A DNA stretch of 64,000 nucleotides from Octopus vulgaris (lineage: Eukaryota). Within the stretch, counting starts at the first letter, position 1. Every line of letters begins with the position of its first letter. The notes below the pieces were generated by a model. The model was not told the DNA's origin. It worked only from the letters and a program-made list of their open reading frames with translations, and did no database searches. The translations under genes were made by a program, and so were the position numbers. Below are positions 25,706 to 39,028 of this stretch, in pieces. The stretch covers positions 127,534,001-127,598,000 of the forward strand of contig OX597816.1 in the NCBI GenBank assembly GCA_951406725.2. The letters are read 5' to 3'.

Positions 25706-26050
25706 AAGTGAAAGCAGGGTATTGTAGTCACTTGTTTTTCTTTGTCTGTGTGTTTGCAAAATTACTGGAAAACGGCTGAATGGAATTTCACCATATTTTG
25801 GCAGAAATACTCATTGGGTGAGTGCCTCAAACTCATTAAATTTTGGTTTCATTATCTTCAAATCTTGCAGACAGGTGAATCAAATTTTTTTTTCTTTGTT
25901 ACATATGCATAAATAATAAGCAGGGGAAATAACACTTGATGTCATTTTGTTGAAATATGAATTCATCTGAGAATATATTTATTGATTTAAATTTTATTTT
26001 AGTCTTGTGTGCACATAGGATATGCATCATCCCTCTGATGCCTTTTTTTT
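25692..26050 (+). mobile_element. HINE/DINE-like (Helentron-associated) non-autonomous element
   Basis: GTCTGTGTG..GCAAAATTACTGGAAAACGGCTGAATGGAATTTCACC core; 3' hairpin GCATCA-tccctc-TGATGC followed by a T-run. Confidence 0.5.
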
Positions 26051-26062
26051 GCATCATTATTA

Positions 26063-26262
26063 TGGCAGCAAGCTGACAGAATTGTTATCATGCTCGACAG
26101 AATGCTTAATGACATTTCTTCTAGATTTATGTTATGAGTTCAATTACCACTGAGGTCAACTTCACTTTCATCCTTTCAGGGTCAATAAAATAAGTGCTAG
26201 TTAAGCACTGGGGTTGATTTAATTGACTAGCCCTCTCGACCAAAATTTCAGACCTTGTGTCT
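26063..26262 (+). mobile_element. SINE family B
   Basis: GAGGTCAACTTCACTTTCATCCTTTCAGGGTCAATAAAATAAGTGC. Confidence 0.75.
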
Positions 26263-26499
26263 GAAATTTATCATTATTATTATTATTATTTTAAATCTGC
26301 TTTTCTCTCTTGATATGGCTTAATCAATTTATTTTGCCTAGTGCTAATTAGAGAGGGTCTCAGTCATGGTATGTACCAGGGGACCCATCATTATTTAAAA
26401 CAAGTACTGAGTTATAAAAAATTCAATTCTATATTATAAGTGGTAAGTATAGCTGTGTGTGTGTGTGTATATAAAAGTGAGTTGTCAAATATATATGTA

Positions 26500-28550
26500 A
26501 ATGAAAACAGCCTTCTACATTCAGTGAGTTTTGTGATACTTGATAACACTCTTATTCCAGTTTACATACATTATTAGCAGTAGAGTCCAGCTTGGCTATC
26601 CCAGTCACATATATTTGGTAACTTCTTTTATTTCAATTACAATCTTAGATATTTTAAACTTTTTCCACCTATTATCATTCAGGTCTACTCACTTCCTTAT
26701 CTATATATTTTGAAACAATTTTAATTTATAAATCATGTGAAAGTCATGCATTATAAATCTCTCCTTTTAATTATTTTCAAATGATAATTTTTATCAAAGT
26801 TGTTGAAATCATAATCTATGCACAGTGTAATTAAAGTTAGTCTAACCTATATATTTTTTATCCACTGATAATTTTATTTAATTTATCCAACAATTTTAGG
26901 ATTAATATCTCTTCTTTCAATGAATGTTCAAATTATCTTTTCCTTTGAATACTCAAATTATCTCTCCAACTGTTGCAATTCTTGATATTTCCTCATGCAT
27001 ATTTTTGATAAATATAGTTAATTATTGGTCCCCATTAATTTTAATTGCTAAACTTTATGAACTGATGCATTTACTCATTTAATTTTCATTGTTCTTTATC
27101 CTAAATGTATATATATATTGACATTTTCAGCTCATATGAAAATGGAATTTAATTATTTCTAATCCTCAGATTGTCTATTTTACTACATCTCTCTTTTATA
27201 TTTATCATATATTCTTCTGCAGAAAAATGTATAATTTGTTCTCACGTAGAGTTAATTACACCTACCTACAAAGTATTTGTTCTTGCTGTGTTTTCACAAC
27301 AATTCCTATAAGCATATAATATTCCAAATTTAACTTCACTAAACACCAATATCTCATTGCCTTAAATTGTAGACATTCCTTAATGTAATTTTGGGAGAAT
27401 TGCTGAGGGGATTTCTCAGCAACTCCAATCTAGTATTACTGATCAAGGGACTAAAACATTTACCTTACTCAATATCTTTGTTAACTCTTCTTCTCCTTTA
27501 GTCCCAAAACACATCGACTATCTAACCTTTCAAATACAGTTGACAGAAAAATAATAAATTTCTAATGTAATTTCTACTATAGGAATTACCAAAGACTGTA
27601 CAGCTGTTATTTCAATAAAAAGAACAAACGTCTTTGAATAATGAAAGAAAATCTTATTGGACCTAGTTAATAATATCTTTCTATCCAGTCATAATTCTCA
27701 GATATGGGGTTTTCAAGAATATGAAAAATATTTTCACCTCCATACACATACATCAGCTATACTTTCTTCTGTAGCTTCTCACTAGGATCAATCTATTGTT
27801 CTTGTCAGTTCAATCCACAGATGTAGTTCTTCAGCTGAACTGCTTGTTCAGAATTATTTCCTCTGCAGCCCTATCATTTAATGCACAATAGTTTTCTTTC
27901 AATGCTTATACTTTATAATTTGCTCATTATGAAACTATAACTAGTAAAATGAATATTCTACATACTCTATACAAGCATAGCTATTGATTGCAGTGATATT
28001 GTTGTTAAAACTTACAGATACTGAAACTCTAACCTATATTTCCTTCTTATCAAATCTCATATGTCTGTTCAAAAGTATTTCCTTTAAAGTATAGAAACTG
28101 TTTAAATATGCCATATTTTAATGGGTTACTTCTCTGTCCCATTACCTTTTCAACAAATTTATATAATCTCAAATGTGTCCAAAATATACGAAAATGAAAA
28201 CTTTCTGGCACAGTTCAAATATTCTTCCTTGTACAAGCATCAGTTACAGCTCTAAAATACCTGATTAATTAATTATACTTTTACTTTTGTCATACAACTG
28301 TAGCTTTTTCTTCTTGAAAACAAATTGTATACATATTAACAGAGCTTTTATGTCAAGACTCTGTAGTAGTTTTTGCCAAGGTTCATTGATGACAACTTAA
28401 GTAAAATACTTTACAATCTCAAACAAAATTTATAAATGAGCTCTCATTCCTGAGACTACATCAATAATCTCTTCTCAGTCATTTCCATCCATTGTCATGC
28501 ACAGTTGACAACATATCTACTATTACTCTCTCCATCTACATTATATATAA
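26500..28550 (-). pseudogene. Ancient CR1-like LINE remnant
   Basis: Minus strand near 26990-27035 gives MGPII/TIFIKNMHEEI (frameshifted LGPILFxIFINDL motif). Confidence 0.4.
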
Positions 28551-29326
28551 TCCTAACTTTAGTAGCACTCATCATATCTGTACATTTACAATTAAGATTA
28601 ATTTTCAGTTCATTGGGTATTTAGGTTTTTTATGTAATAACATTTTAACAAGAATTTATGGGGTGGTGGGGAAATATGCCTACTTTTAGAAGCAGATATA
28701 ATCAAATAAACTAACTTTAATATTCAACTGACACTTTTTTAATCTACTCTGTAGAAGTGAAAGTAGAGTTGACCCTGGTATTTGGACTCAGGGCATAAAT
28801 ACCACAAGCAATGATAACATATAAACATTATTCATCTTCAGAAAATATTTTATCTCTCATGAGGAATTTAAAGCTAAAACAGTGTGTTACACAGGCTAAG
28901 ACTAATGAATACATCAACACAACAGTGAAGGAACTTCTATGTGATTATTCAAGCTGACAGGAATGGTTTTCCCTTATCAGCCCTTGCTATTTTTAAAAAA
29001 AGGCATGTAGGATTACATAATCCCAAAGAAAAGACAGGATGACCATAGCTAGACTGTGTGAATAATAGGTTTGCTCAATCAGGGCTAACATGGGGCTGAA
29101 CCACAACAACAGCAACTTCATTGTGAAATTTTCTTCAAAGTTGGCATTGTAATGATTGCAAATTTTTAGAAAGAGATTGAATTACCTTTTCAAAATCAAA
29201 AATATCCTTAAAATAATCAGAATCACAGATCATTTAGATGGTCAAGACACAATCTTCCATCAGATACTAACACCATAATTAAAATTCTTCAATCATCAAT
29301 TTGTAACCAAAGAGAGTATGTAGATT

Positions 29327-29738
29327 TACTCTCTTACTCTTTTACTTGTTTCAGTCATTTGACTGCAGCCATGCTGGAGCACCGCCTTTTAGTCGAGCCA
29401 ATCGACCCCAGGACTTATTCTTTGGAAGCCTAGTACTTATTCTATCGGTCTATTTTGCCAAACCCCTAAGTTACGGGGATGTAAACACATCACCATCGGT
29501 TGTCATGCAATGATGGGGGGACAAACACAGACACACACAACATATACACACACATACATATATATACATATATACGATGGTCTTCTTTCAGTTTCCGTCT
29601 ACCAAATCCACTCACAAGGCTTTGGTTGGCTCGAGGCTATAGTAGAAGACACTTGCCCAAGGTGCCACACAGTGGGAATGAACCCGGAATCATGTGGTTG
29701 GTAAGCATTCTACTTACCACACAGCCACTCCTGCACCT
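29327..29738 (-). mobile_element. Full-length SINE family A
   Basis: Complete head to (GTAAAAGA) tail, collinear with 54023-54433. Confidence 0.9.
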
Positions 29739-30559
29739 ATAAATAAATGCGAGCTCACCAGGATTGATAAATATAATTTAAAAAGGAAGATATGGTACTT
29801 ACACTTTTCTTATATTTGCTTTTGTATGTTTCTCTTACTCAGATTATAACTCCTTTTTATTCTTTTGGCCATTGGAATTGTAAAGAAACTTAAAGATAGG
29901 ATATTGGATGATATCAATAGAAACATTTGCAGTGAAATAGTAACATTTCCTGTAGGAAATTTTCCACCAACAATTTAACTTTGTTAGAAAATTACTTGAG
30001 GAGACAATGGTAGGCATCAATCAGTTCTGTTATTGAGTTACAATCTTGTCTGTAGGTGAATGCATACTATCATGTTAAGTATGCCTCTTGAAACAATTAT
30101 GATAAATAACGTTTCTATATCACACAATTAAACAGATTCTATGTTAATAGCAGCTGCACCTGTTATTTTTCACTAAGGAAAAAGTAGAAAATTAACAAAT
30201 AAACTGAGTGTGCAAAGAAGCAGTATTAAATATCAATGATATTGTAGTTATGGACATGATACAAGTAGCAAGAATATGTCTCCAGCTTCATAAGTGAACA
30301 AATCAATAGAAATAATCTCTACACACTGTCAGAAGAATTTGTCTGTCAGTATATTATTATTGTCAAACCCTCAAGTTAGCTCTGAACAGTCTTATGATCA
30401 ATGACATTCCAGCCATAACCATCTCATCATTATATTTTTTCTAAACTTAAAGATACATTGTCCAACAGGTCATTACTACCTTTAAGTTAAGTTGATTTGA
30501 AGGGAATTTGGCCTATATTCCTAGCCTGTTGTGCTATCATGCAAACACACCCTTGTTGA

Positions 30560-31170
30560 CTCATTCAACACAATGTCTTTTTCTTTTCTATCTGGATTTT
30601 ATTACCAATACTTTAACTAAATTTCCTGGCTTACAACTTTATCCATCAATAATACCTCCAATATCCACCCCTTTCAGCAGTCTATAGCTACTCAATATAC
30701 ACACTGACTTTACTAATCTTACTAAATTACCCTACTTTTCCAACCTCTCCACTCCAAGAAGTCTCAATTCCTTTCTTGAAATAAAATAAAAATAATTTGC
30801 CCTTATAAATAACATCAAGACATTACTGCTCACCTCTTTTGTATCTGGATATTTTCATGGCCTAACTCTTAAGTTTATATTTCATTGCTATTAAATCAAT
30901 CTCATCGTTGTTTTTGTTATACAATTTACCATTTTATTAGAGAATCAATTTCTCTAATTCTCTAAACTTCTTCCCATTAAACCTTTTAATACAAGCACCT
31001 AGATTACTTTGGATTTGTGTTACTTCAAAGCTTACTTTTTTTTTAATAGACCTATTGATCTGTTATTGCACACACTATCATTTCACAATCTTCTATAAGT
31101 CTTGTAGTGACACCTTTTTCTATTTAGATTTTGTTTTTATTTAGGTGACTTTTCTAATGCACAGTTACAA
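30560..31170 (-). pseudogene. Ancient CR1-like 3' ORF remnant
   Basis: ELRLLGVERLEK*GNL near 30722-30771, resembling the CR1 motif RLKELGLFSLEKRRLRGDL. Confidence 0.35.
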
Positions 31171-32565
31171 TTTCATTCTAAGGTATAAAATTAGCTCAGT
31201 TAAATTAGCTCGCAAATCTTATTTATTTTATCAAGCCTTGGGAAACTTATAAAAAAAAAGCAGCCTGAAGTTAGACTAGTAAGATCCTGATTTTAAATAT
31301 AGTAAATCATTAATCTGTCTCTCAATCTCTATTAATTCCCAGGTTCTACTAAATTATATCTATAATGAATACAGACCACAATAACAACTGAGGTTGACAT
31401 TCTAGTGTTAAATATCAGTTCTGTGTATTACTTTATGTATAATGAAAGAATTATCTTATTCTGAAGAAAAGTAGTAAGAGAGTAAATGCTTGCTTGATAC
31501 ATTAATGTTGACCAATTAGCCATTAGTAATGTGGGAGGGGACACATTTGTGGTAATTAGTATCAAAACAGATTCAATTATTCACTTATCCAGATGGAATT
31601 CAACAAATACCATTAAGAAATAGAAATTTCAATTCTCAATATGAAAAGCCTTTCTAGAACTTGGCTTTTCTCTTCATATCTACAATGAAAAGTATTTATC
31701 AAAATTATAACTTTGTTCTTTTTCATAATTTGGGTTGTTCAGATATCTGTGCACATATGTCAATACACATGTGAGGGACGTAATAAATGTTTGATGAATA
31801 TATGTATGTAATGATTTAAAGCCAAATAGAAATTCTTCTGCAGCATTTCTCCTCTCTTTGATTTTGTGATGTTTTAACAATGTTGTTTACTTGATATCAG
31901 ACATACTGCTGCCTATAAAAGTCAAATTTGGACAATAAAAGTAAAATTGTTACTCTAACAAGAGAAAAAGTTAATGTGTGTGTGTGAGTACATACATATA
32001 CATTTCTTTCAAACTCCTGATAGTGCCCATAGATATTATTTTATCAGAATTTTATGGTATCAAATAGAGGGAAGGCATGCTTACCTATAATAAAATAGCA
32101 GTTTATGAAATTCATGTAGATTATTAATTATAGAAAACAAACAAACTCAACTCATTTCTAGCTCATCTCCATTTCATCAGAATGCTATCATAAAAATAAC
32201 AGTTTATTTGTTTGTTAGGTCTCATAATAAAGTTAAACCAGGCCCAGAAAATATCAGATAATAAAATTTATTGGTAGACAATATCTCAAATCTGTTATTT
32301 TGTTTGCTTGTATACACATCAATTTCTCTGATTAGGAATATTGCTACCTGATAATACAACCCTACACTTTGTTAGAAAATATTCTAAAGATCAGTTATAA
32401 ATTCCCTTTTATACTTAGATGCCAAAATGAAGTTGTCATAGAATTGATGATTATAAGGAGGAGGAGGAGGAAGAGGATGGATATTATGAATCATTTGAAG
32501 GCATAGCTGCTGCATTGTTAGTCATTTTAGAAATAGTTTCATAATGCTGTACAACTGGATCACAA

Positions 32566-32659
32566 CGGTACATATTCTAAAATTGGAATGATACAGAGAA
32601 GATTAGCATAGCCCCTGTGCAAGGATGACATGCAAATTCGTGAAGTGTTCCATTTTTTT
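32566..32659 (+). pseudogene. U6: U6 snRNA copy (5'-truncated retropseudogene)
   Basis: ACATATTCTAAAATTGGAATGATACAGAGAAGATTAGCATAGCCCCTGTGCAAGGATGACATGCAAATTCGTGAAGTGTTCCATTTTTTT; ACAGAGA box and AGC intact; about 6 substitutions versus canonical U6; 5' stem-loop missing. Confidence 0.95.
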
Positions 32660-32663
32660 ATAA

Positions 32664-32818
32664 ACGTTCTGAGTTCAAATTCCGCTAAGGTCAACTTTGC
32701 CTTTCATCCTTTCAGGGTCGATAAATTAAGTACCAGTTACGCACTGGGGTTGATATAATCAACTTAATCCGTTTGTCCTCTCTGTTTAGCCCCTTGTGGG
32801 TAGTAAAGAAATAGATAT
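32664..32818 (+). mobile_element. SINE family B body lacking its own 5' head, fused to U6
   Basis: ACGTTCTGAGTTCAAATTCCGCTAAGGTCAACTTTGCCTTTCATCCTTTCAGGGTCGATAAATTAAGTACCAG. Confidence 0.9.
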
Positions 32819-34429
32819 TGAGAATATATTTTGTCTGGTTTTGAAAATAATATTTTGAATCAATAAAAAGAAGGGGTATTAGTTTGTTTGTTTGTTGGTT
32901 TCTGAAGTTTGAGATGAACAAGTATGTTATTTCATTGAATTTCTCAATCTTGTTAAATTTTAATTGATGCTGTAAATGTCCTCAGAAACACTTCTTTGTT
33001 TAAATTGTCCATTTGAACCCTTTGTAAGAATTATATCAGTACCACTACTGATGGAGTCACTGGAGAATCACTTAAGATCATTGCCTTTATAGAGTGTATC
33101 AATCTCTTGAAGTTCTAATGACATCAAAAGGGTTAACAATGCATTTTCCTGTTATACAATGTTGCTGTATCTTATAGAATTGAACTTTACCACATCATTG
33201 TACTGTGTCTTGATCCAAGACACTTCACTAGCAATAACACTTCTGTCAGTATGTCAACATCCTATTAATTTGACAATATGACACCATTGTATTCTTTAAC
33301 ATGAAAATCTGAAATAACCATTATCATTGAGATGGTGTTTTTAAAATGTAGCCTCTCTAGAGTTTACAGAGTTTGTAATTTGAAAGCAAATATTTATGTT
33401 AATAGCCTTTTAGTGTTATATCACTTGTTCATTTATATTCACTTGTGATAGTATGAAATTACTGCAGGGTCTGTAATATATTTCTTTATGTTTCCAATTA
33501 TTTCAGATATGAGATACATTGTATATGTCACACTATGTTGATAACAACTAATGAACATATATACTTCATGTAGTGTTTTTCATGGAAGCAAATTTTAATT
33601 AGAGGAGATTTCCAGCTTTTAATATCTGTGATGAACATTGATTTTTGAGACTGCAATATTCTGTGCTGCTCTTCCCTTAAAAGGCTTCAAAAAAAAAACA
33701 CTGATTTACCCTAAGTTTAAAAGATCAAAATAGTGAGCTAGTTTTAGTGAATGAAATGTTATAGGAGCCAGTCAATATCAATCACATGCTTATATTTTTA
33801 CATGTTACACATGTTGAAAGCTGGTTCAACAGTTCAAGGTGAGCAATTGCACTTATCAATATGCACTTTAAAGATTTTTAGATAACTACTGAAATTGATC
33901 ATCTAGAAGACATCAAATTAAGTTACAAGGTTTCCAATAATTATTTCCATGCATGTATGGAGTTGATGAAGAAATAATCTAACTTGGGATTATTTTATTT
34001 CAACTTTGACAGTTCTTGTGCTATCATAGAAATCAAGCATTGGTTTCTATGCCCCTGTTTTTTCATGCTTATATTTTTTGTTGCAATTTGTTTCACTAAT
34101 CTCAAGGATGGTATATTATTCCTATTGCTCATGACTAGACCAAACTATAAGCCAAAGACATACTAAATGTACAAAATAAGATAAAATATTTACATAAAAA
34201 TAGGTATTATCTTATATTTTCACTTTCAACTAAAGTTTTGTTTTCACATTATAAACAGAACAGTGGAAAAAGTAATGAGATAAAATAACGGGAACTATGT
34301 TACTTCTAATGAAAACAGAAGCCATTAATCTTAACTAATATACAAATTTGATGAGGAGATGACATAGGACTGGGAGTTGTGGTGATTTGCTATATTTGAG
34401 AAAACATATTAGGCTAAATAAAATCATGG

Positions 34430-34832
34430 TCGCCCATACATACAGGCATGTCTTTTACAGGTGCCAATGTCCGCAAGATTGCATTCATGTTAGTGCCACA
34501 TAAGATGCACTCTTGCCAGTTCTGCATTAAGTGCACTTATGCTGGTGCCACATAATATGCACTTGTGTAAGCTTCCAACAAAGTCTGTAAAGTGGTTTGC
34601 ATCAGGAAGTGCATCCAGCCATAGAACCATGCTGAAACAAACAACTGGAGTCTGGACAGCTCCCCAGCTGGCCAACTCTTGTCAAACCATCCTTCTTATG
34701 CCTGCATAGAAAATGGACATTAAATGAGGGAGGAGGAGGAGGTGGTGGTGGTGGTGGTGGCAGTGGCAGTGGTGGTGGTGGTGGTGGTGGTGGTGGTGGT
34801 GGTGGTGGTGGTGGTGGTGGTGGTGATGATGA
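34430..34832 (+). mobile_element. SINE family C with expanded (GGT)n tail
   Basis: GCATCCAGCCATAGAA...AAACCATCC...GGACATTAAATG then (GGA)/(GGT)n. Confidence 0.7.
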
Positions 34833-35238
34833 TTGATGAATTTGAAGTTTAGAACTCTGTTTACCCAAAGATAGATTTTGTCATTCTGGGATACTGCTTG
34901 CTGTAATTCATTTTAAGCATAGTATTGTGCTGCAGATGTATTCAGTTGTTTTGAGAAGAATTCTGTAATTTTTTTTTTTTATCATCCAAGATTATTTTTA
35001 ATTCATACTTATTCTTTAATTACAATTCCTTTTCTATGTTTACCAAGTAACATATTACATTTGGGTACTATTTAAATATTCTACCGAAGAATTTCTTTTG
35101 AGAAAGAGAATAATTCTTCTTATTAATCAAGAAATAATTTATTGAAAATGTAGCTCTAATTTCCATCAGTTTTGGTGCGAGAAGGATATAGTTATTTTAT
35201 TCAATACAATTACATTACAGTTACATTTTATATTCAGT

Positions 35239-35241
<3 letters not shown>

Positions 35242-35284
<43 letters not shown>

Positions 35285-35470
35285 ACATCATCACCTTCAT
35301 TTGATACTCATGTTCAATGTTGGTATGAGTTGGGTAGTTTGGCAGGATCCAATAGGCCCAAGGACTAATTATATTCCATTGTCTACTTTGGCATGGTTTC
35401 TATGGTTGGATGCCCTTCCCAACACCAGCCACTTGTATGTGCTGGGTGCTTTGTTTTCATGCCACCAATG
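35242..35470 (-). mobile_element. SINE family C
   Basis: (CAT)n plus GGCATGGTTTCTATGGTTGGATGCCCTTCCCAACACCAGCCAC. Confidence 0.65.
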
Positions 35471-37743
35471 CAAGTGTTGTTACCATGTAGTTTGAAAGAC
35501 TATAACCCCAAGAGAGGCAGTTTTATCCTAGGAGGTGAGGGGATAAACTATGCAAGAAGGGCTGAAGTAGAGGAGTTAGACCTTTTAAACAGACTGTTCT
35601 CATTACTTATTCTCCTATTTGTGATGCTACTTGCTTCTTTGTTTAACATGTATGTATACTCTCAAGGTAAGAATTGCAGTTTACCTAGAGGGTATGAGTT
35701 CAATTCTTGAATCAGTAAATTTATTTATATACTTTAATTCAATAATAAAGAGCAAATAGCATCACAAATATGATAAAAACTAATACAAGAATATTCTGAA
35801 TGTGAGAATAATTTAACCCTTGAATGTGATTAATTGGATTTAGTTCAAAATTCTAGAAATGTTACCAAATAAGAGTGTTACCTAAAGATGGCAGAAGGTA
35901 AAAATGGTCAAAACATGTAGCTATAGTAACTAAGATTAGGTTACTACTCCAAATAAGTCAGAGTGTAATAATTTCTTATCTTGGAATTTCAGACAAAAGT
36001 TAAAGGTGCTTTGTTTGAATCCAATCAGAAATATTTTAGAATAAGTCACTTGATGATGATAAAGATCCAAACAAAATAAACATAGTGTAACTATATATAC
36101 TATAAATACAATAAACTTTTCAAATAACCACCTCCTTAGGATTTGAGATGCCATCTTTGTAAATTTTCCATTGTCTCTCAAAAAAAAAAATTTAATTATT
36201 ATGACATAAATAAAATGGGGTACAGTAAATAAGAAATAGAGATACGATATAATGAACACTACTTTATTAACTGATGAATGTGAAAAAAGAAATTTTAGCA
36301 AAACACAAACAAAACATTAAAAAACAGCACTTTTGAAATAGCATAAACACAAAAACAAAATTATCAAACATTATAAATTTATATCACTAGAGAATTACAT
36401 GAATATCTTAATAACAATTTTCAAAAATACCATTAGCTTGGATTTTTCCATTATTCTGATATTGTTATTGTGGAGGCTTAGTGCACACTATACACACTCT
36501 AAAGATGGGGTTTGATAGCTTAACAAATTATAGTCTTGTTAATAGCGTTTGTTATTTTTCCTTAGATTTTAAGTCTAACCATACAAATTTTTAGCCTGCT
36601 GCATTGAGTCAAAATCATCTTTCTTGTCAAAAATGACAGTAAGATTTTAGCTGGGAAAACTATAAAAGCATAGATGTGTGTGTGTGTGTGTGTGTTTGTG
36701 TGTGTGAGAGAGAGAGAGAGTGTGTGTGTGAGAGAGAGAGAGAGAGAAAGAGTATGTGTGTGTGTGTGTTTTGCTAGCTAGCTAGACAGGCAGATAGACA
36801 GATAGATTGATTGATTAAATTTGCTTTCATTAGCTTTCACATATTTTTCAAGTGATTCTATTTTTGCTACAAAGTATATGTGTATGTGTGTATGTATTTA
36901 TATACATAGATACATGTGTGTGTGTATGTGTGTGTGTGTATGTCAGTGTAAAAGTATATATCTATATATACATATATAAGTATATTTGTCAACATATTTC
37001 TGACAATGTCCTTTTTTTTTTAGAAGTATTTTCTGCTTACAATAAGTAAATTGCCCAGCTGTCTACTGTATGCATTAGATTTTGCTGTAACCAAAAATAT
37101 ATTACTTCCTCCTTAACAGTACCATTAACAATTAAGATGCTAATAGCAAATAGTGGACTAAATCAATTTCTTAGTTGAATAATGAATGACCAATACTTTT
37201 AAAACATACCTTCTCAGTGTTAATTTGAAGAAATTTCGCTTGTTCTCATTTACTACTAGAAAATTTCTAATATCTATAATAAATATTGAAGCATTAGCAT
37301 TTCTCACATTCTCTTTTGCTGGAGAAATGCCATGTAGGCAATGAACAATGGACCTGTTGTATTTGTGATAGTTGCACTGTACTCATATATAGCAGCATGG
37401 TTCAAAATCAAACAACCTTCACCATATTCGTCAGCTTTTGTGTAAATGCTTTTCTTCTTTTTTGCCTTGGGTTGGAAGGGTCTGTATATTTTTTACTTTT
37501 GCATAAATTTATCACAATGGTGTCCAAATGTCTATGGTTAGAACTAAAACTTTTCAAATGTATGTCTATCTCATATAGTATAGATGAGACAGAGATTAAT
37601 GAAACTCTCTGCATTTGTTTAATCTCAGAGAATGGTCACTTTCATAATACTTTTAAAATTTAGGAACCCTGATCGTTAATTTATGTCATAATGCTGTTCA
37701 TATTAAAATCTAGATTCTTTTGATTCAAGTCCATTTCCTTATA

Positions 37744-39028
37744 TTAGGTTGTCAAGAAAGTCCTTGTGGTTTTTAACCTTTAAATTCAGATGCCCATATC
37801 TCAGCTCAAACAACACTTTATTAATTGAAATAAACACCATCAGAATCAACACACTTTTGTCAACGCAAAACAAGTTTATTTATGCCAATAGCATAAAATC
37901 CTGCGTTTTGGTGGTAATGAAGTCATTGAAGGTGTGTTTGGCATTGTCTTGGTTTTTGAAGCATTTCTCACACAGGAAGTTGTCGAGATGCTTGAAAAAG
38001 TGGTAGTCAGTAGGTGAGAGGTCTGGTGAGTATGGCAGATGAGGCAGGGTTTTGTTGCCCAATTCATTCAACTTCTGCAGGGTTAGTTGTGAGACATGCA
38101 GCTGAGTGTTGTCGTGGAGAAGAATTGGTCCTTTTCTATTGACCAATGCTGGCTGTTGTTGTCAGAGTTTCCTATGCATTTCATCCATTTGCTGACAGTA
38201 CTTCTCTGCCATAATGGTTTCACATGGATCCCAAAAGTTGTGATGGATGAGACCAGCCGCATAACACCAAACAGTCACCATGACCTTCTTATGGTGCAAC
38301 TTTGCCTTCAGGAAGTGCTGTGGAGCTTCGTCAGTGTCCAACCACTGAGCTGAGTGTTGCCGTTTGTCGTAAAAAATCTACTTTTCATCACAAGTCACAA
38401 GCCAGTCAAGAAACAGGTCATTCTTGTTGTGTAAAAGAAGGGAAGAGGACACTTCAAAACAGCATTCGTTTTGGTTGCTGTTCAATTTATGCAGCACTCT
38501 TTTCTCAAGTATTTTTATTTTTCCAATTTATTTCAAGTGGTTGGAAATTGTCAAATATGTTACGTCTAATTCAGAAGCAAGATCTTGAACTGTTGTGCGT
38601 GGATTGGCTTTGACTAAGGCTCTTAGTTGATTGTTGTCAACATCCGATGGCCAACCACTACGCTTATCATCTTCAAGACTCTTGTCACCTCTACAAAATT
38701 TCTTGAGCTACCATTGTACTGTACGTTCATTACTGGTTCCTGGGCTAAATGCATCGTTGATATTGTGAACAGTTTCAGCAGCTTTTTGCCCTAGCTTGAA
38801 CTGGAATAAGAAAATTGTGCGAATTTGCTTTTTGTCCATGTTGTATTCAACGTTGTGGAAAAAATGGCCTAATTATTCAAAAAGAAAAATAGTAACACAA
38901 TTAGATAGAACGAAAAACGGGCTTTAAAATGATATATAAAGTCAAAGTAATTTAATAAAAATTAATTTGAAAACACATCATTTAAAACCAAAATTTAAAA
39001 TTCTGCAAGAACTTTCTTGACAACCTAA
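37744..39028 (-). mobile_element. Full-length mariner transposon (Hsmar1/cecropia-like), 1285 bp
   Basis: TA|TTAGGTTGTCAAGAAAGTCCTTG ... CAAGAACTTTCTTGACAACCTAA|TA TIRs with TA TSD. Confidence 0.95.
37821..38839 (-). pseudogene. Mariner transposase, disrupted
   Basis: Starts MDKKQIRTIFLFQFKLG; contains ILLHDN and HLPYSPDLSPTDYHFFKHLDNFL; broken by stops/frameshifts. Confidence 0.93.

Noticed and set aside
32566-32659. Functional U6 gene
   Set aside because: 5' stem-loop missing, CpG decay, no evident upstream PSE/TATA, and fused to a SINE
34602-34868. Poly-proline ORF (and poly-Asp ORF 1971..2186)
   Set aside because: Trinucleotide microsatellites
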